A stretch of 64,000 bases of DNA from Octopus sinensis (GCF_006345805.1 NC_043013.1:39618001-39682000); one strand, 5' to 3'. Shown: positions 35,906-49,364, counted from the stretch's first letter. The notes: a model not told the origin generated them from the sequence alone. A program made the numbers and translations.

Positions 35906-37014
35906 GAGTGAGCGAGCAGAGCATGCCATCAAAGTGACACTGGGGTAAAATATACGAAGCCCAATATACCCATCATGACTACCCGTCTGATAAGGGCACA
36001 CCAGGCACATGCATCACAACCATATGTGCGCGGCATGGTGATCTCATATCAAGATAAACTGCACATGACCTTGCAGGTGGGGCCCAGTTAGAATTTTCTT
36101 CAGGTTGAGTAGCCCATCCCGCTCAAACGGTCCCTGAATAAGGGTTGTTTAAGGATGTTGAAAAACCCACCCATGTCTCCAGAGGTGAATTATTCAAACC
36201 CCAAAGAATCCCTCTCAACACATGGCTATGATGCTCCCCCACTACTTCTGCTCGTGATCAGAGATGCACATATCGTCAGCCACTAAGGGACATGCTCAAC
36301 TGGTTAAGGTCAAACAACTGACAAGCAAATCTGTGGTATTGAGCAGAATATTTGCTGTAGCCCATCTTTTATACCAAGACAGAACAATGTACATGATAAC
36401 ACTTCCAATCAGTTAAGATCAGAAGCCATGAGAGCCTCTGCCTGTACTGCATCAGGGCATGATGCTCCCCCACTACTTCTGCTCGTGATCAGAGATGCAC
36501 ATATCGTCAGCCACTAAGGGACATGCTCAACTGGTTAAGGTCAAACAACTGACAAGCAAATCTGTGGTATTGAGCAGAATATTTGCTGTAGCCCATCTTT
36601 TATACCAAGACAGAACAATGTACATGATAACACTTCCAATCAGTTAAGATCAGAAGCCATGAGAGCCTCTGCCTGGTACTGCATCAGGGCATGATGCTCC
36701 CCCACTACTTCTGCTCGTGATCAGAGATGCACATATCGTCAGCCACTAAGGGACATGCTCAACTGGTTAAGGTCAAACAACTGACAAGCAAATCTGTGGT
36801 ATTGAGCAGAATATTTGCTGTAGCCCATCTTTTATACCAAGACAGAACAATGTACATGATAACACTTCCAATCAGTTAAGATCAGAAGCCATGAGAGCCT
36901 CTGCCTGGTACTGCATCAGGGCATTGAGAGCCTCTGCCTGGTACTGCATCAGGGCATTGAGAGCCTCTGCCTGGTACTGCATCAGGGCATTGAGAGCCTC
37001 TGCCTGGTACTGCA
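35906..37014 (-). mobile_element. Element D, full ~555 bp unit preceded by reiterated copies of its 5' end
   Basis: Full unit 35906-36460, two ~232 bp units (36461-36924), two 33 bp units plus a partial (36925-37014). (TAA)n on both sides. Confidence 0.85.
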
Positions 37015-37254
37015 TTATTATTATTATTATTATTATTATTAAGGATGTGTAGTGGCAGAATCGTTAGCACGCCTGGCAAAGTGTTTAACAGTATTTCGCC
37101 TGTCTTTGTGTTTTGAGTGCAAATTCCGCAGAGGTCAACTGTGCCTTTCATCCTTTCGGGGTCGATAAATTAAGCACTAGTCAAGTACTGGGGTTAATAA
37201 GACCGACCTACCCCGTTCCCACAAATTTCAGGCCTTGTGCCTTTAGTAGAAAGG

Positions 37255-37320
<66 letters not shown>

Positions 37321-37329
37321 TTTATTATG

Positions 37330-37848
37330 AAAGGCTCTCGGATAGTTCTGAATTACAGGTTATTCTTCACTTGAAATCAGACTATAACAAATCACCAAAG
37401 GTTTCCACCAGTGATTTCTCCTGTGACTCAAAGCGACAATACTCTCCTTAGAATGCGAACTACACCCAACAAAGCTGTCTTCTTGATCACCTCGAGCCTA
37501 ACAGCAGCTCCAATATTCTTAATATGTTTTTCAAAGCCCTTGGAAACTACTCCTAATGCTCCTATAACCACCGATATCATCATTACTTTCTTCAGGCCCT
37601 TTAACTTTCCTATCTCGTTCGTTACATTTCAGCCTCGAATTGCCTGGTATTGCAACATCTACTATCTTTACTTCTTTTTCATCTTTATAGATGAGCACGA
37701 TATCTGGTCGTCTCGCCTCTATGACTTGGTCGCACTACATGTTAAAATCCTAAAGTTTTTTTTATAATGTTCGTTTTCCATTACTCCCTCGAGGTCTGCT
37801 TTACTGCACAATAGCCAGTGGACATATCTGGACACATTGTTGTGTCTC
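37330..37848 (-). mobile_element. REL non-LTR family E, old 3' fragment
   Basis: Reads RRHNNVSRYVHWLLC, EARRPDIVLI..IVDVAIP, VVIGALGVVSK...KTALLGVVRILRRVL. Frameshifted and flanked by (TAA)n. Confidence 0.8.
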
Positions 37849-37849
37849 C

Positions 37850-37900
<51 letters not shown>

Positions 37901-37909
37901 GATTATAAC

Positions 37910-40900
37910 TTTTTTTTTCTTCTTTCAAATTTGCTTCCATTTCTTGCCGAGTGTCTTCCCGACTCCTAGGGCAAAGAAACTCATAGTATACAATGGTAGG
38001 CCATTAAACCAAACTCAGTAGATCGTTCATTTCTTTTTTTTTTTTCTTTTTAAGTTAAATTAAAATACATGAGCAGCAACAGTTCTCACATCGACAATGC
38101 TCTTCTCAATACGTGTGAAGTACCAGTTAAGACAATCTTTTGCACTTCTTGCAGGGATGGTAAGCCAGGGATCATTCTCATATAATTTTCGGTTCCCTTC
38201 TTGATCATTCCTAGTGCTCCTACGATCACTGGTATTGTAACCGCCTTGAGATGCCACATTTTCTCAATTTCAATGAGTAGGTCTTTATATTTTCTGAGCT
38301 TGTCAAACTCTTTCGCTGAGATATTATGATCACAGGGGATGCTCATGTCGATCAATAAGCAAACTTTATTGTTTTGGTCTTTCACAACAATATCTGGTTT
38401 ATTGGCCTTGATGGTTCGGTCTGTATGTACTGGAAAGTCCCACAGAATGGTTACATTTTCTCCTTCAGTTACAGCCTCAGGGTGGTGATTATACCACTTG
38501 TCGGCAGTTTTGATATTGTAATGCCGACTTATTAGCCAGTGGAGATATTGGCCAACTCTGTCATGTCTTAATTTATACTCCACTGGTGCTAAGACTTTAC
38601 ATCCAGAGATTAGGTGGTCCACTGTTTCAATCATATCGTTGCAGAATCGGCATTTTGGGTCTGCTCCATTTTTCATCACATTGGCCTGGTAGTTCCGGGT
38701 TAATAGGCTTTGATCTTGAGCAGCCAGGATGAAACCTTCGCTCTCTGCTTTTAGCCCTGAGCTCCGTAGCCACTGATGGGTTTGCTTCTGGTCAACATCA
38801 GCTTGTTTGCTGCGGGTCACATATTTGCCGTGCAGAGGTTTCTCCTCCCACCTATCAGCCAATTGCTCGTGCGCTTTTTTCATTGCCATCATTTTCACCT
38901 TCTTTGCAACAATAGTTGCCGTACTTCCCTCGGGTTGTTCAGTTTGGGTATCCTGCACGAGGTCAATAGCAAATTTTTTGCTTTCCTTTATGATAGAATG
39001 AATCTTCTTTCGTCTCTCGTGATTTTCCACGAGCTTTAGCATCCAGTCATTCGATATTTCGAGATATTTGGCCAGTCCAATTGCGGTTGTTTTGTAAGCT
39101 AGTTCAAATTGGATCAGGCCTCGACCTCCTTGGGCTCTGGGAAGGTAAAGGCGATCTACGTCTGCCTTTGGGTGGTGCATCCTATTACAACTCAGCAGCT
39201 TGCGTATTTTTCTATCTATATTCTTTACTTCACTCATATTCCAGTTCAACACATTGTAGCTATAAGTAACAACTGGAACTGCTAAGGAATTTATAGCTAA
39301 CACCTTGTTACGTGCATTTAGTTCAGATTTCAGGACTGCACGAACTCTCCTATAACATTCCTTCCTGATTTTCTCTTTCATGCTTGCATGCTGAATACCA
39401 GAGCCTTCATTTAACCCTAAATATTTGTATGTTTGTTCTTGCTCAAGCTCTCTTATGACTGTGTCAACATCTAACACGACTGAATTTGTGGTCTTCACTT
39501 TCCCTTTCTGGAAAGTGGCCTTGGCACACTTCTCAAGTCCAAACTCCATCCCGATGTCATCGCTGAATGCTTTCACGGTGCGCAATAGGCCTTCAAGTTC
39601 ATTATTGTCTTTACCATAAAGTTTTAAGTCATCCATATAAAATAGGTGGCTTATTTTTTTATTGGCAATTTTATACCCATACCCTGTTCTGTTTAATTAA
39701 CTTGTAAGGGGTATTAGGGCTATGCAGAATATTAAAGGTGAAGTGAGTCTCCTTGAAAAATTCCACAGTTGATGTTTATATTTTCTGAGGCAAGTACTCC
39801 ATTAGAGTGGTATAATTGGAGATTCGTATTCCACAACGACATATTGTGCTTCAGGAAGTTTGAAATCACAGGGGAAATTTTGAAGATGTCCAGCGATCTC
39901 AAAATCCATGGATGCGGTATACTGTCGAAGGCCTTTTTGTAGTCAATCCATGCGGTGCTGAGATTTCTGCGCTTGTTGTGACAGTTCTCAAGGATCATAC
40001 GATTGATTAGCAGTTGATCTTTGCATCCGTAAGAGCCTCGGCGGCACCCTTTTTGTTCAATGGGGAAAATATCGTTCTTCTCCATGAATGCATATGTTTT
40101 CTCCGCCAGGATAGATGTTAGGATTTTATACGTGGTGGATAGACAGGTTATAGGCCGATAGTTTTTTGGAAGGTTGGTTTCGTTATTCTTTGGGAGTAGG
40201 TAAGTAATGCCACTTGCTAACCATTCAGGTGTTTTCTTTGGGTCTCTCATAATTCCATTGAGCAGCTGAACTAGCTTACCGTGTGCGCATGGGAGCGATG
40301 CGAGCCAGAAATTCGGCACCCTTTCTTTACCGGGGGATTTCCAATTATGGGCCTTCGTGAGTGCCTTTCTTAGGTCTGCTATTGTGATGTCTTCCCATGC
40401 TTGTTGATGTAAATTTTGGTAGGATCCTTCAGTTTGTATAATCCAGTCTGCATTTATGTTGTACGTCTTCTTGTCACTCCAAATCCTTTTCCAAAAGTTT
40501 TGAACTTCTTCCATGGGAGGGGGGTCTTTAACGGTTACTTTCTCCTTCCCTATTTCTCTGTAGAATTTTTTGGCATTGGATGTGAACAGCTTATTTTGCT
40601 TGTAAAACTTGTTTCTCTTCTCAAATCTTCGTATTATTTGGGCTTTTGCTTGGACTTTTTGTTTCAGCGTTTCTTTTATGGATATCAGTTCTTCTCTTGG
40701 TGAGGATCCAAATTTTCTCTTCATCTTTCTTCCTGTTCTGGATCTTACATCATTTCCACATATTAGTTCATTTAATATTGATATTTCCCCTCTCATAAAG
40801 TCAATCTCTTTTTCAATTTTACTTCTTCAGGTTTGATTTCTTCCCAGGTTTTGTTTTCTTTGTTTTTTCGGGGGCATACAGCTGGTTTCAATTGCCCTAG

Positions 40901-43335
40901 CAGAAGCGTAAATAATTTCATTTAACTCAGTAAAATCAGGTTTTAATTCTCGTATTATTTCATTTGTTACATAGTTGCCAATTTGGATTTGTTTTTTAGT
41001 TTGGTTTGTATTTGAGAGTTTATGAAGTAGTTCTCTATCATTCATACTTGTATGTTTTACAACTTCAAGCGTATTCAGGATTTTCTGCCTCATTTCTGCC
41101 ATAGACTCTCTGTGTTCTTCAGCAAATGCGAGATCTTCAGTTACTGTTGTTTTTTCGTTTTCCTGGCTATCTTTAACAGGTACAATAGAATTTCTTGTAT
41201 CTTCAGGCCTTTGCGTACTTTGGTCAGATGGCAGTCTTTCAATTAAGCCTCGTGGCGGGCTATACTGTTCATCTGATTCTTCATTTCCTTTGTGTCTTAT
41301 ATTTATGTCATTTTCCGTTGCGTGCTTGATCGCGCTTATTTCACTGTCTGTGAGTCTATTATTTCTAAGGATATCCCTCCTCACATTTGCTAATTTGTTC
41401 TCGTCCAAATAGGGCCTACTGTCTTGATTCCGTGTTCTCCATATACTGTAAGAGTTTGCGGTGTGTCTCTCTTGAGATGGCCTACCTAATGCATAGTAAT
41501 AAGCGTATATTACTTCTTTATACTCTTCTCGGGTCCATTTGTTCCGCTTACATTTTTCTTTCTGTGGTGGTTGTGGTGGTGAACTTGGAGGGCTCGAGTT
41601 GGGGGATTTCCCGTTCAAGTGACCATCCATGTCCGTATTCGGAGAAGAGTTTGTGCCAGTTGATGACTTTTCGATCCCAGGCTGGCTCTTCCCTGGGGGA
41701 CGCGCTTCCAGATTAACCATAGGACAAGCGATTTGGTATACTGATTTAGTTTTCCTTTTAGTTTCCAAAAACATTTTGGTGCTACGATAATGTTATCATT
41801 TTTTAGCTTTGATTGGCTCGTGGGGAGACGGCCATCATTGCCGTTACAATTATAATCGTACCATTATAGCAGCCGTAGTCGGCTTATTATTGTTATTATC
41901 ATCACCATTACCATCACTATCATCATTATCACCACCATTACCATCATCATTATCATCATCACCATTACCATCATCCCCATCATCATCAATGATATTGTTT
42001 TATGTGTAGTCACAGCAGTATCTTATTATTATTATTATTATTTTTTTTTTTTATTATTTTTGTTTTTTTATCATTATCACCATCACAGTAGTGTCTGTCT
42101 GTCTCGTTGGCTGGCTTGGTGGTTGGCTGGCTGACTGTTTTCAACACCAGAGTTCTTGCCTGTCAAATAATACTATCTTTGTGTTGGTTGAACTCTTTGA
42201 GTGTGTGTGTGTGTGTGTAGATAGATAGATAGATTATCAGCACTATTACTATCATTATTATCATCATCACCATCATCACCATCACCATCAGTGATATTTT
42301 TTTTTTTTTTTTTTTTTTAGGTGGGGTCCTATCGGTCAAAAAAAGTTCAGATGTTTACTACTATTAGGCTTAAGAAAAATTAAGGAAGGGCTGTTCTGTA
42401 TTGTTTGTGAATAGAGAAGTTGTGTTCGACCAGAGAGAATCTTAGCATCATCATTTTTTTTTTTCCATGTGCGTATGTGTTATTGCAATAAAAAGTGTTT
42501 GTATATTTCCTGTAAGGTAATATTGTGGAGGTTGAGGTTGACTTTTCTAGAGATGTTTGTACGTCCAGTTAGAAGAACAGGTGTGTTTTTACAATAAAAA
42601 GTATATGTTTACATTTATATTTGAATATTCAGGGAGGAAGCAAAGAAAAGTCAAATTTTCATAGAAAGTTTTAGGGTTTTGTAAGTCCACAAAAAGAAAA
42701 GCGTGATGTTTTTAGAGAGAAGAAAAAAAAAGGATGTTTACAGAGGCAATTGTGGGTATCAAAGTTTTTAAAGCTGGTCGAATGTATGATTGAAAACTGT
42801 AGACATGTAAATTTGTAAATTTTCTTAACTTATTTTGAAGGGCTGTTCTGTATTATTTGTGAATAGAGAAGCTGTGTTCGACCAGAGAGAATCTTAGCAT
42901 CATTATTTTTCCCATGTGCGTTTGTGTTATTGCTATAAAAAGTGTTTGTATATTTCGTGCAAGGTAATATTGTGGAGGTTGAAGTTGACCCCTCTAGAGA
43001 TGTTTGTATGTCCAGTTAGAAGAACAGGTGTGTTTTTGCAATAAAGAGTATATGTTTACATTTATATTTGAATATTCTGGGAGGAAGCAAAGAAAAGTCA
43101 GATTTTCATAGAAAGTTTTAGGGTTTTGCAAGTCCACAAAAAGAAAAGCGTGATGATTTTAGAGAGAAGAAAAAAAAAGGGTGCTTACAGAGGCAGTTGT
43201 GGGTATTAAAGTTTTTAAAGCCGATCGGATGTATGTTTGAAAGCTGCAGATATGTAAATTTGTAAATTTCTTAACCCACTTTGAAGAGAATTTCAAATAC
43301 TCACGAGGTATTGTAGATGTTCCAGTTTTTGAGAG
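37910..43335 (-). mobile_element. R4/Dong-like non-LTR retrotransposon family A, near full length
   Basis: A single original ORF 41774-38086 (about 1230 aa) is broken by an in-frame TGA at 40827, a 1-nt deletion in GDSLSP (~39740) and a TAA near 39697. It has the N-terminal KWTREE..YYY motif, RT (DYKKAFDS, YMDD), CRFC..H...C and KPDIVV..LID. The 5' boundary (41775-43335 as UTR) is inferred from the next (TAA)n tract. Confidence 0.9.
42385..43282. repeat. Two diverged ~450 bp tandem monomers
   Basis: gaagggctgttctgtatt at 42385 and 42837 (period 452). The units are colinear with scattered substitutions. Confidence 0.9.
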
Positions 43336-43346
43336 TTATTTATTTA

Positions 43347-43398
<52 letters not shown>

Positions 43399-43453
43399 TA
43401 TTATTATTATTATATTATTATTATTATTATATTATTATTATTATTATTATTAT

Positions 43454-44429
43454 TCAGTAGTTTTATTTTTATAGCGTGCTTTCACTTCACTACCGAGCGC
43501 AGCTCTGTGTGCCTTGGGTATGTGCTGTGATTTGTTGTGATGCTCTGATGGTTATTGTATGGAAAGTGTTCTGCGTAGGATGTGTGCAGTGCCTAGTAGT
43601 GCAATTTTCTGTATGTTATATGTGTTTGTAAGTCCTGGTGTTTTTGTTATGTATTTGTCTGAATATTTTTTTATCATGCCTAATGCACCTACTATGATAG
43701 GAATTGTTTCTGTTTTCAGGTTCCACATTCTAGTTACCTCTATTTCCAGGTCTTTGTATTTTGAGAGTTTCTCCATTTCTTTTAGAGACATGTTGTCATC
43801 TGCCGGTATTAATACATCAATTAGAAAGCATTTTTTTCTTCATGATCTCTGACAACTATATCTGGTCTGTTGGCCTTAATTTCTCTATCTGTGTGTATCG
43901 GCATATCCCAGAGTATGGTTGCTTTCTCGTTTTCTGTGACCTTTTCTGGTGTGTGCCTATACCATCTTTTTTCTGTTGTTATTCCATAATGTTGGCATAG
44001 CTTCCAATGTATGTAGGTTCTAACTCTGTCATGACTGTGAATATATTCCTTCTTAGCCAGGACTGGGCAGCTAGAGATAATATGATTTATTGTTTCTTGT
44101 CCATCTCCACATATTCTGCAGTTACTTGTAATATTTCTTTTCATTACATGTTTTTGGTAATTTCTGGTGGGGAGGCTTTGGTCTTGTGCTGCAATTAAAA
44201 ATCCCTCTGTATCTGCTTTGAGTCCTGAGCTTCTCAACCATTGCTGGGATTTTTCTTTGTCTATTTCTTTTGCGTTTAGTTTAGTGCAGTATTTACCATG
44301 AAGGGGTTTTTCTTGCCATCGTTTTATCATGGCTCGTTGCTGTTCTATTTTTAGTTTGGATTTCATTTGTTTTATAGCTTTTGTTGTTTCTTCATCATCT
44401 TCTTCTTCTTCTTCTTTGTGTTGTGTTTG

Positions 44430-44430
<1 letters not shown>
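43454..44430 (-). mobile_element. R4/Dong-like family B, 3' fragment
   Basis: Highly similar to 11693-12660, with the same aaactactg(AAT)n end. Truncated at the internal (GAA)n poly-Glu tract. Confidence 0.92.
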
Positions 44431-44487
<57 letters not shown>

Positions 44488-44532
44488 ATTATTATTATTA
44501 TTATTGTTGTTGTTGTTGTTGTTGTTGTTATT

Positions 44533-45228
44533 ATATGTTTAACTTTTGTTTTGTATTTGTACAAGTTGGCTCCAAGTCTCATCTGGAGACCTCAAGAGAC
44601 AACAAGTTAGAAGATCATGTTGGTATTATGCCTAGGGTGTCATATATTTGGTTTTGCACATAGTAATGTTCTAGAGAATTTTTAAGAAAACATAAGAAAA
44701 TTATGAGTTTGTTTTAAAATTTGAGATTACATAGTCAGTATTTTACGTAGGATATGAGTAGTTCCCATGAGCACTATCTTTTGAATTTCTGCCATTTGGG
44801 GGTTTCCTGGTATCCGAGCGAGGTAAGAATAAGCCCCTTTTGCTATCATCCCTAGGGTACCTATGACAACAGATATTGTTTTAGTCTTGAGGTTCCACAT
44901 TTTGCCAATTTCTATTTCAAGATCTTCATACTTGCTCAGTTTTTGGTAGGTCTTGACAGATACGTTTATATCGATTGGGACAGCCATATCAACGAGGAGG
45001 CATGATTTTTGTCTGAAGTCTTTCAGTATAATGTCTTACCTATTCGCATCTATCTTTCTGTCAGTTTGAATGGTGAAGTTCTAAAGGAATGAGATGTGAT
45101 CATTTTCAAGCACTGGAGGTGGTTTGTGTTCCCACCAGTTTTTATCATGGGGCAAGTCCATGATTTTGCAAATTACCCAGTGAATATATTGTTCTGCCCT
45201 ATCATGCCTGTTGAGATATTCTGGTATG
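44533..45228 (-). mobile_element. REL non-LTR family C, 3' fragment (copy 1)
   Basis: Reads RHDRAEQYIHWVICK and DMAVPIDINVSVKTYQKLSKYEDLEIEIGKMWNL...LMGTTHILRKIL. Microsatellite flanks. Confidence 0.85.
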
Positions 45229-45275
<47 letters not shown>

Positions 45276-45283
45276 TATTATTA

Positions 45284-45338
<55 letters not shown>

Positions 45339-45383
45339 ATTATTATTATTATTATTGTTGTTGTTGTTGTTGTTGTTGTTATT

Positions 45384-46079
45384 ATATGTTTAACTTTTGT
45401 TTTGTATTTGTACAAGTTGGCTCCAAGTCTCATCTGGAGACCTCAAGAGACAACAAGTTAGAAGATCATGTTGGTATTATGCCTAGGGTGTCATATATTT
45501 GGTTTTGCACATAGTAATGTTCTAGAGAATTTTTAAGAAAACATAAGAAAATTATGAGTTTGTTTTAAAATTTGAGATTACATAGTCAGTATTTTACGTA
45601 GGATATGAGTAGTTCCCATGAGCACTATCTTTTGAATTTCTGCCATTTGGGGGTTTCCTGGTATCCGAGCGAGGTAAGAATAAGCCCCTTTTGCTATCAT
45701 CCCTAGGGTACCTATGACAACAGATATTGTTTTAGTCTTGAGGTTCCACATTTTGCCAATTTCTATTTCAAGATCTTCATACTTGCTCAGTTTTTGGTAG
45801 GTCTTGACAGATACGTTTATATCGATTGGGACAGCCATATCAACGAGGAGGCATGATTTTTGTCTGAAGTCTTTCAGTATAATGTCTTACCTATTCGCAT
45901 CTATCTTTCTGTCAGTTTGAATGGTGAAGTTCTAAAGGAATGAGATGTGATCATTTTCAAGCACTGGAGGTGGTTTGTGTTCCCACCAGTTTTTATCATG
46001 GGGCAAGTCCATGATTTTGCAAATTACCCAGTGAATATATTGTTCTGCCCTATCATGCCTGTTGAGATATTCTGGTATG
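45384..46079 (-). mobile_element. REL non-LTR family C, 3' fragment (copy 2, tandem duplicate)
   Basis: Identical by eye to 44533-45228 at an 851 bp offset, including its inactivating mutations. Confidence 0.85.
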
Positions 46080-46168
<89 letters not shown>

Positions 46169-46582
46169 TAATTGTACATTTATAAAATGTATCCTGCTTT
46201 GTTCTCATTCTTCTTCAATGTTTTATAATTATAAAAGAGCACATTTTCATTGTCGAGTTATCTTACCTTAAGATCAGTTGAACTAATAACATACTTATCA
46301 TGTAGAGCAATGTTTTATGCCATAGCTAAGCACGTTGGAGTTATTTTAAATGGTACACGCTAGTGTTTATAACGGCCATATCCAGCCAAAGTAGTCTACC
46401 TCTCTTATCTTCAAACTAGTCAGATATGGTCTTTCATAGTAACCGGACAATGGCATTTGAAAAAAAGAAAAGTAATCATAATATTGATATCTAAAAGCCA
46501 TGAAATAATCCTTGATTAGATTAAAATAGTGTGAATTCATAAGCTTTACATTTACTCTTTTATTCTCTTACTTGTTTCAGTC

Positions 46583-46642
<60 letters not shown>

Positions 46643-47843
46643 ATACATATATACATATATACGACGGGCTTCTTTCAGTTTCCGTCTACCAAATCCACTC
46701 ACAAGGCTTTGGTCGGCCCGAGGCTATAGTAGAAGATACTTGCCCAAGGTGTCACGCAGTGGGACTGAACCTAGAACCATATGGTTGGTAAGCAAGCTAC
46801 TTACCACACAGCCACTCCTGCGCCTATTTGACCGAATAATATCTGCTGCTGAAACAAGGGTGCGTCTAATATGAAAACGAGTCTTTTATGCTATCAAATT
46901 TGGCACAACTAAATTTACACACACACGCGCGCACGGTCGCTCATACGCACGCATGCATATATACTGAGATTTTCCAGAAATAGAACAAGTCAAACTGGAT
47001 CTTATGGTTGAAAACCAGTCAGAACCTCTTCAATTTTCTATAATGAGCACACACTTTCGCATATGTGCATGTAACACAATTATATACATATATATATATA
47101 TAAACAAACATACTTATATGCATACATACAAACATGAATACATATACACACAAATATACACTCATGCATACGTAAATACCCTTCACACACACTCATATAT
47201 ATACATACATACACACATACACATATAAGTGGGGGTACTCAAAAGTACCTGATTTTGGGTAAATGAAAATACAGAAGGATCAGTTAATTATGATTTTAAT
47301 ATATATATATATATGAATACAACAAGTAATTTGTGCATCGGGAACAAAGGCAAAATTCTCATTAGCAGGAAAAAATAAAACAAATTATAAATATGTTCAA
47401 CAACAACAACAACAACAACAGCATCTATAATTAAAAGCAACAAAAGAATACCATGACTCTCATTAACAATCTATCCTCAACTTCATGATGTCGATAATAA
47501 TGATGATGATGATGATGATGACGACGACGACTATGATCATAACGATGATAATGATAATCATGATGATGATGATTATGACCATGATCATCCTAATTATCAT
47601 CATCATCATCAATAGCCACAACAGCATCACATGTAGCATAATCAGTATCCTCATTGTCACTATTAGTGATGAGACCTTAGAAATTATTATCAATGGTGAC
47701 ATGGGCGAAAATTTAGTCTACCATTCAAAATGGCGTACATGTAGTCACTAGTCCGTTGACTTTCCACATACAAGATTCACCGGGGCGTACTTTGCCTTTT
47801 ATCAACCCCTCTCCTGGCATATATATCATCAAACCTCAAAGTA

Positions 47844-47882
<39 letters not shown>

Positions 47883-47933
47883 GCACACATATCCAACCAC
47901 CCACCCACACAGACACACACACACACACTCATA

Positions 47934-47980
47934 TCTTTATATATAAAAGTGAAGTTGTGTGTCTGTCTCCTACGATTTAG
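47934..47980 (+). mobile_element. 5' stub of the same Helitron family
   Basis: tctttatatataaaagtgaagttgtgtgtctgtctcctacgatttag matches the 5' end of the 9348-9745 element. Confidence 0.75.
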
Positions 47981-49364
47981 GAGTGTGTGTGAAAGTACTT
48001 TGAGGTTACTGCACAAAGCAGTGAGCTGGCAGAATCGTTACTGCGTCGAACAAAATGCTTATCAGTTTTACATCCGGCTATTCAATTTCTGAATTCAACT
48101 CACGCAGATTATCTCTTCGAGACCAATGAAATAAAGGATCAGTCTAGTACTAGGCTCGTTGTAATCGATTTGCTCCCCAAACGCTCAAAATTCCTGGCCG
48201 TGAACACTGCAGTGACCGACATCCTTTTCAGAGGGAGTCTTATAACCTCGCTCGTTCATACGCCATAGAAACGGAGTAACAGATCTCGAGGAAATAAAAG
48301 CAGTGCTTCAATCAATACAACTGAATATTCCTCTCCCAAAATGTATGGTGTCCTGTTTACATAAAAAAACATAAATTGATTACTCATCTTTTTCCCTTTT
48401 CCCCTCTCTTCCGATTTTAGTTTTTATGAATGAGATACAGAAATACATTCTTAATCACTTCATACATGAACAGTATATTTAATAATATTGTCTTTCAGAC
48501 TATCTCCTTCGCTCTTGTACTAGTTTCATGCGGTGGAATCCGACCATACTAGGGCAAAATCAAGAAGAAATGTTATCCCTACTTAATTTATTCTCTGTTC
48601 TCTTACTAGTTTCAGTCATTCAACTGTGGTCTTGAAAATTTTAGTCGACCAAATGACCCCCAGTAATTATTTTAAAGTAATTATTTTAAATTTGGTAACT
48701 ATTCTATCGGTCTACTTTACCGGACTGCTAAGTTATGGACACATAAAGAAGCAGCATCAAATGTGAAGCATTCGGGAAGGGAAAAAAGCACAAAGACATA
48801 TACTTATAAACACGCATATACATGTGTGTGTGTATGTGTGTGTGTGTGTGTGTGTTGTGTGTGTGTGTGTGTGTAAATCTTACGATGGGCTTTCGCACAG
48901 TTTCAGTCTGCTAAATACACTTACAAGACATTAGTCGAACGGGATTATAAAATAACACACTTGAAAAAGGTGCTGCGAGGTCGGACCGAACTTAAACCAC
49001 GTAGTTACAAAACGAATTTCTAAGATACATAACCATATCAGCACCTATTTTAGCGATTTTCTTTCGTCGACCCGCAATTTAGGTGAGATAAAAGCAGACG
49101 CCAAGGAAAACCATTTAGACAGACACATACACTGTCATAACCAGACACTCGTACACGCGCACATCTGTGTGTGTGTATGTTAGTGTGTGTATGGTGCGTT
49201 CACTTGACTTAGTTTCTGTCGACCAGTTTCAGTCACAAGGTATTGGTCAATCTGATGCAGTGACAGACATTAGACGAATATGTCATATAGTGGGACCAAA
49301 CCTGAGTGCAGGAAAGTTGAGGAGAGAACTTCTTAACCATACATCCACACCCGTACCGGGAATA

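Noticed and set aside
36400-36460. Hammerhead or HDV ribozyme, or U2 snRNA origin, at the 5' end of element D
   Set aside because: CTGATGC is not CTGANGA and no properly placed GAAA follows. No HDV P1/P3/L3 pattern is visible. The likeness to the U2 stem-loop IV loop (TGCAGTAC) is only about 8 nt.
38086-41774. Three separate genes, or programmed readthrough/frameshift
   Set aside because: The breaks fall inside conserved motifs of one RT-REL ORF and are best explained as inactivating mutations or sequence errors.
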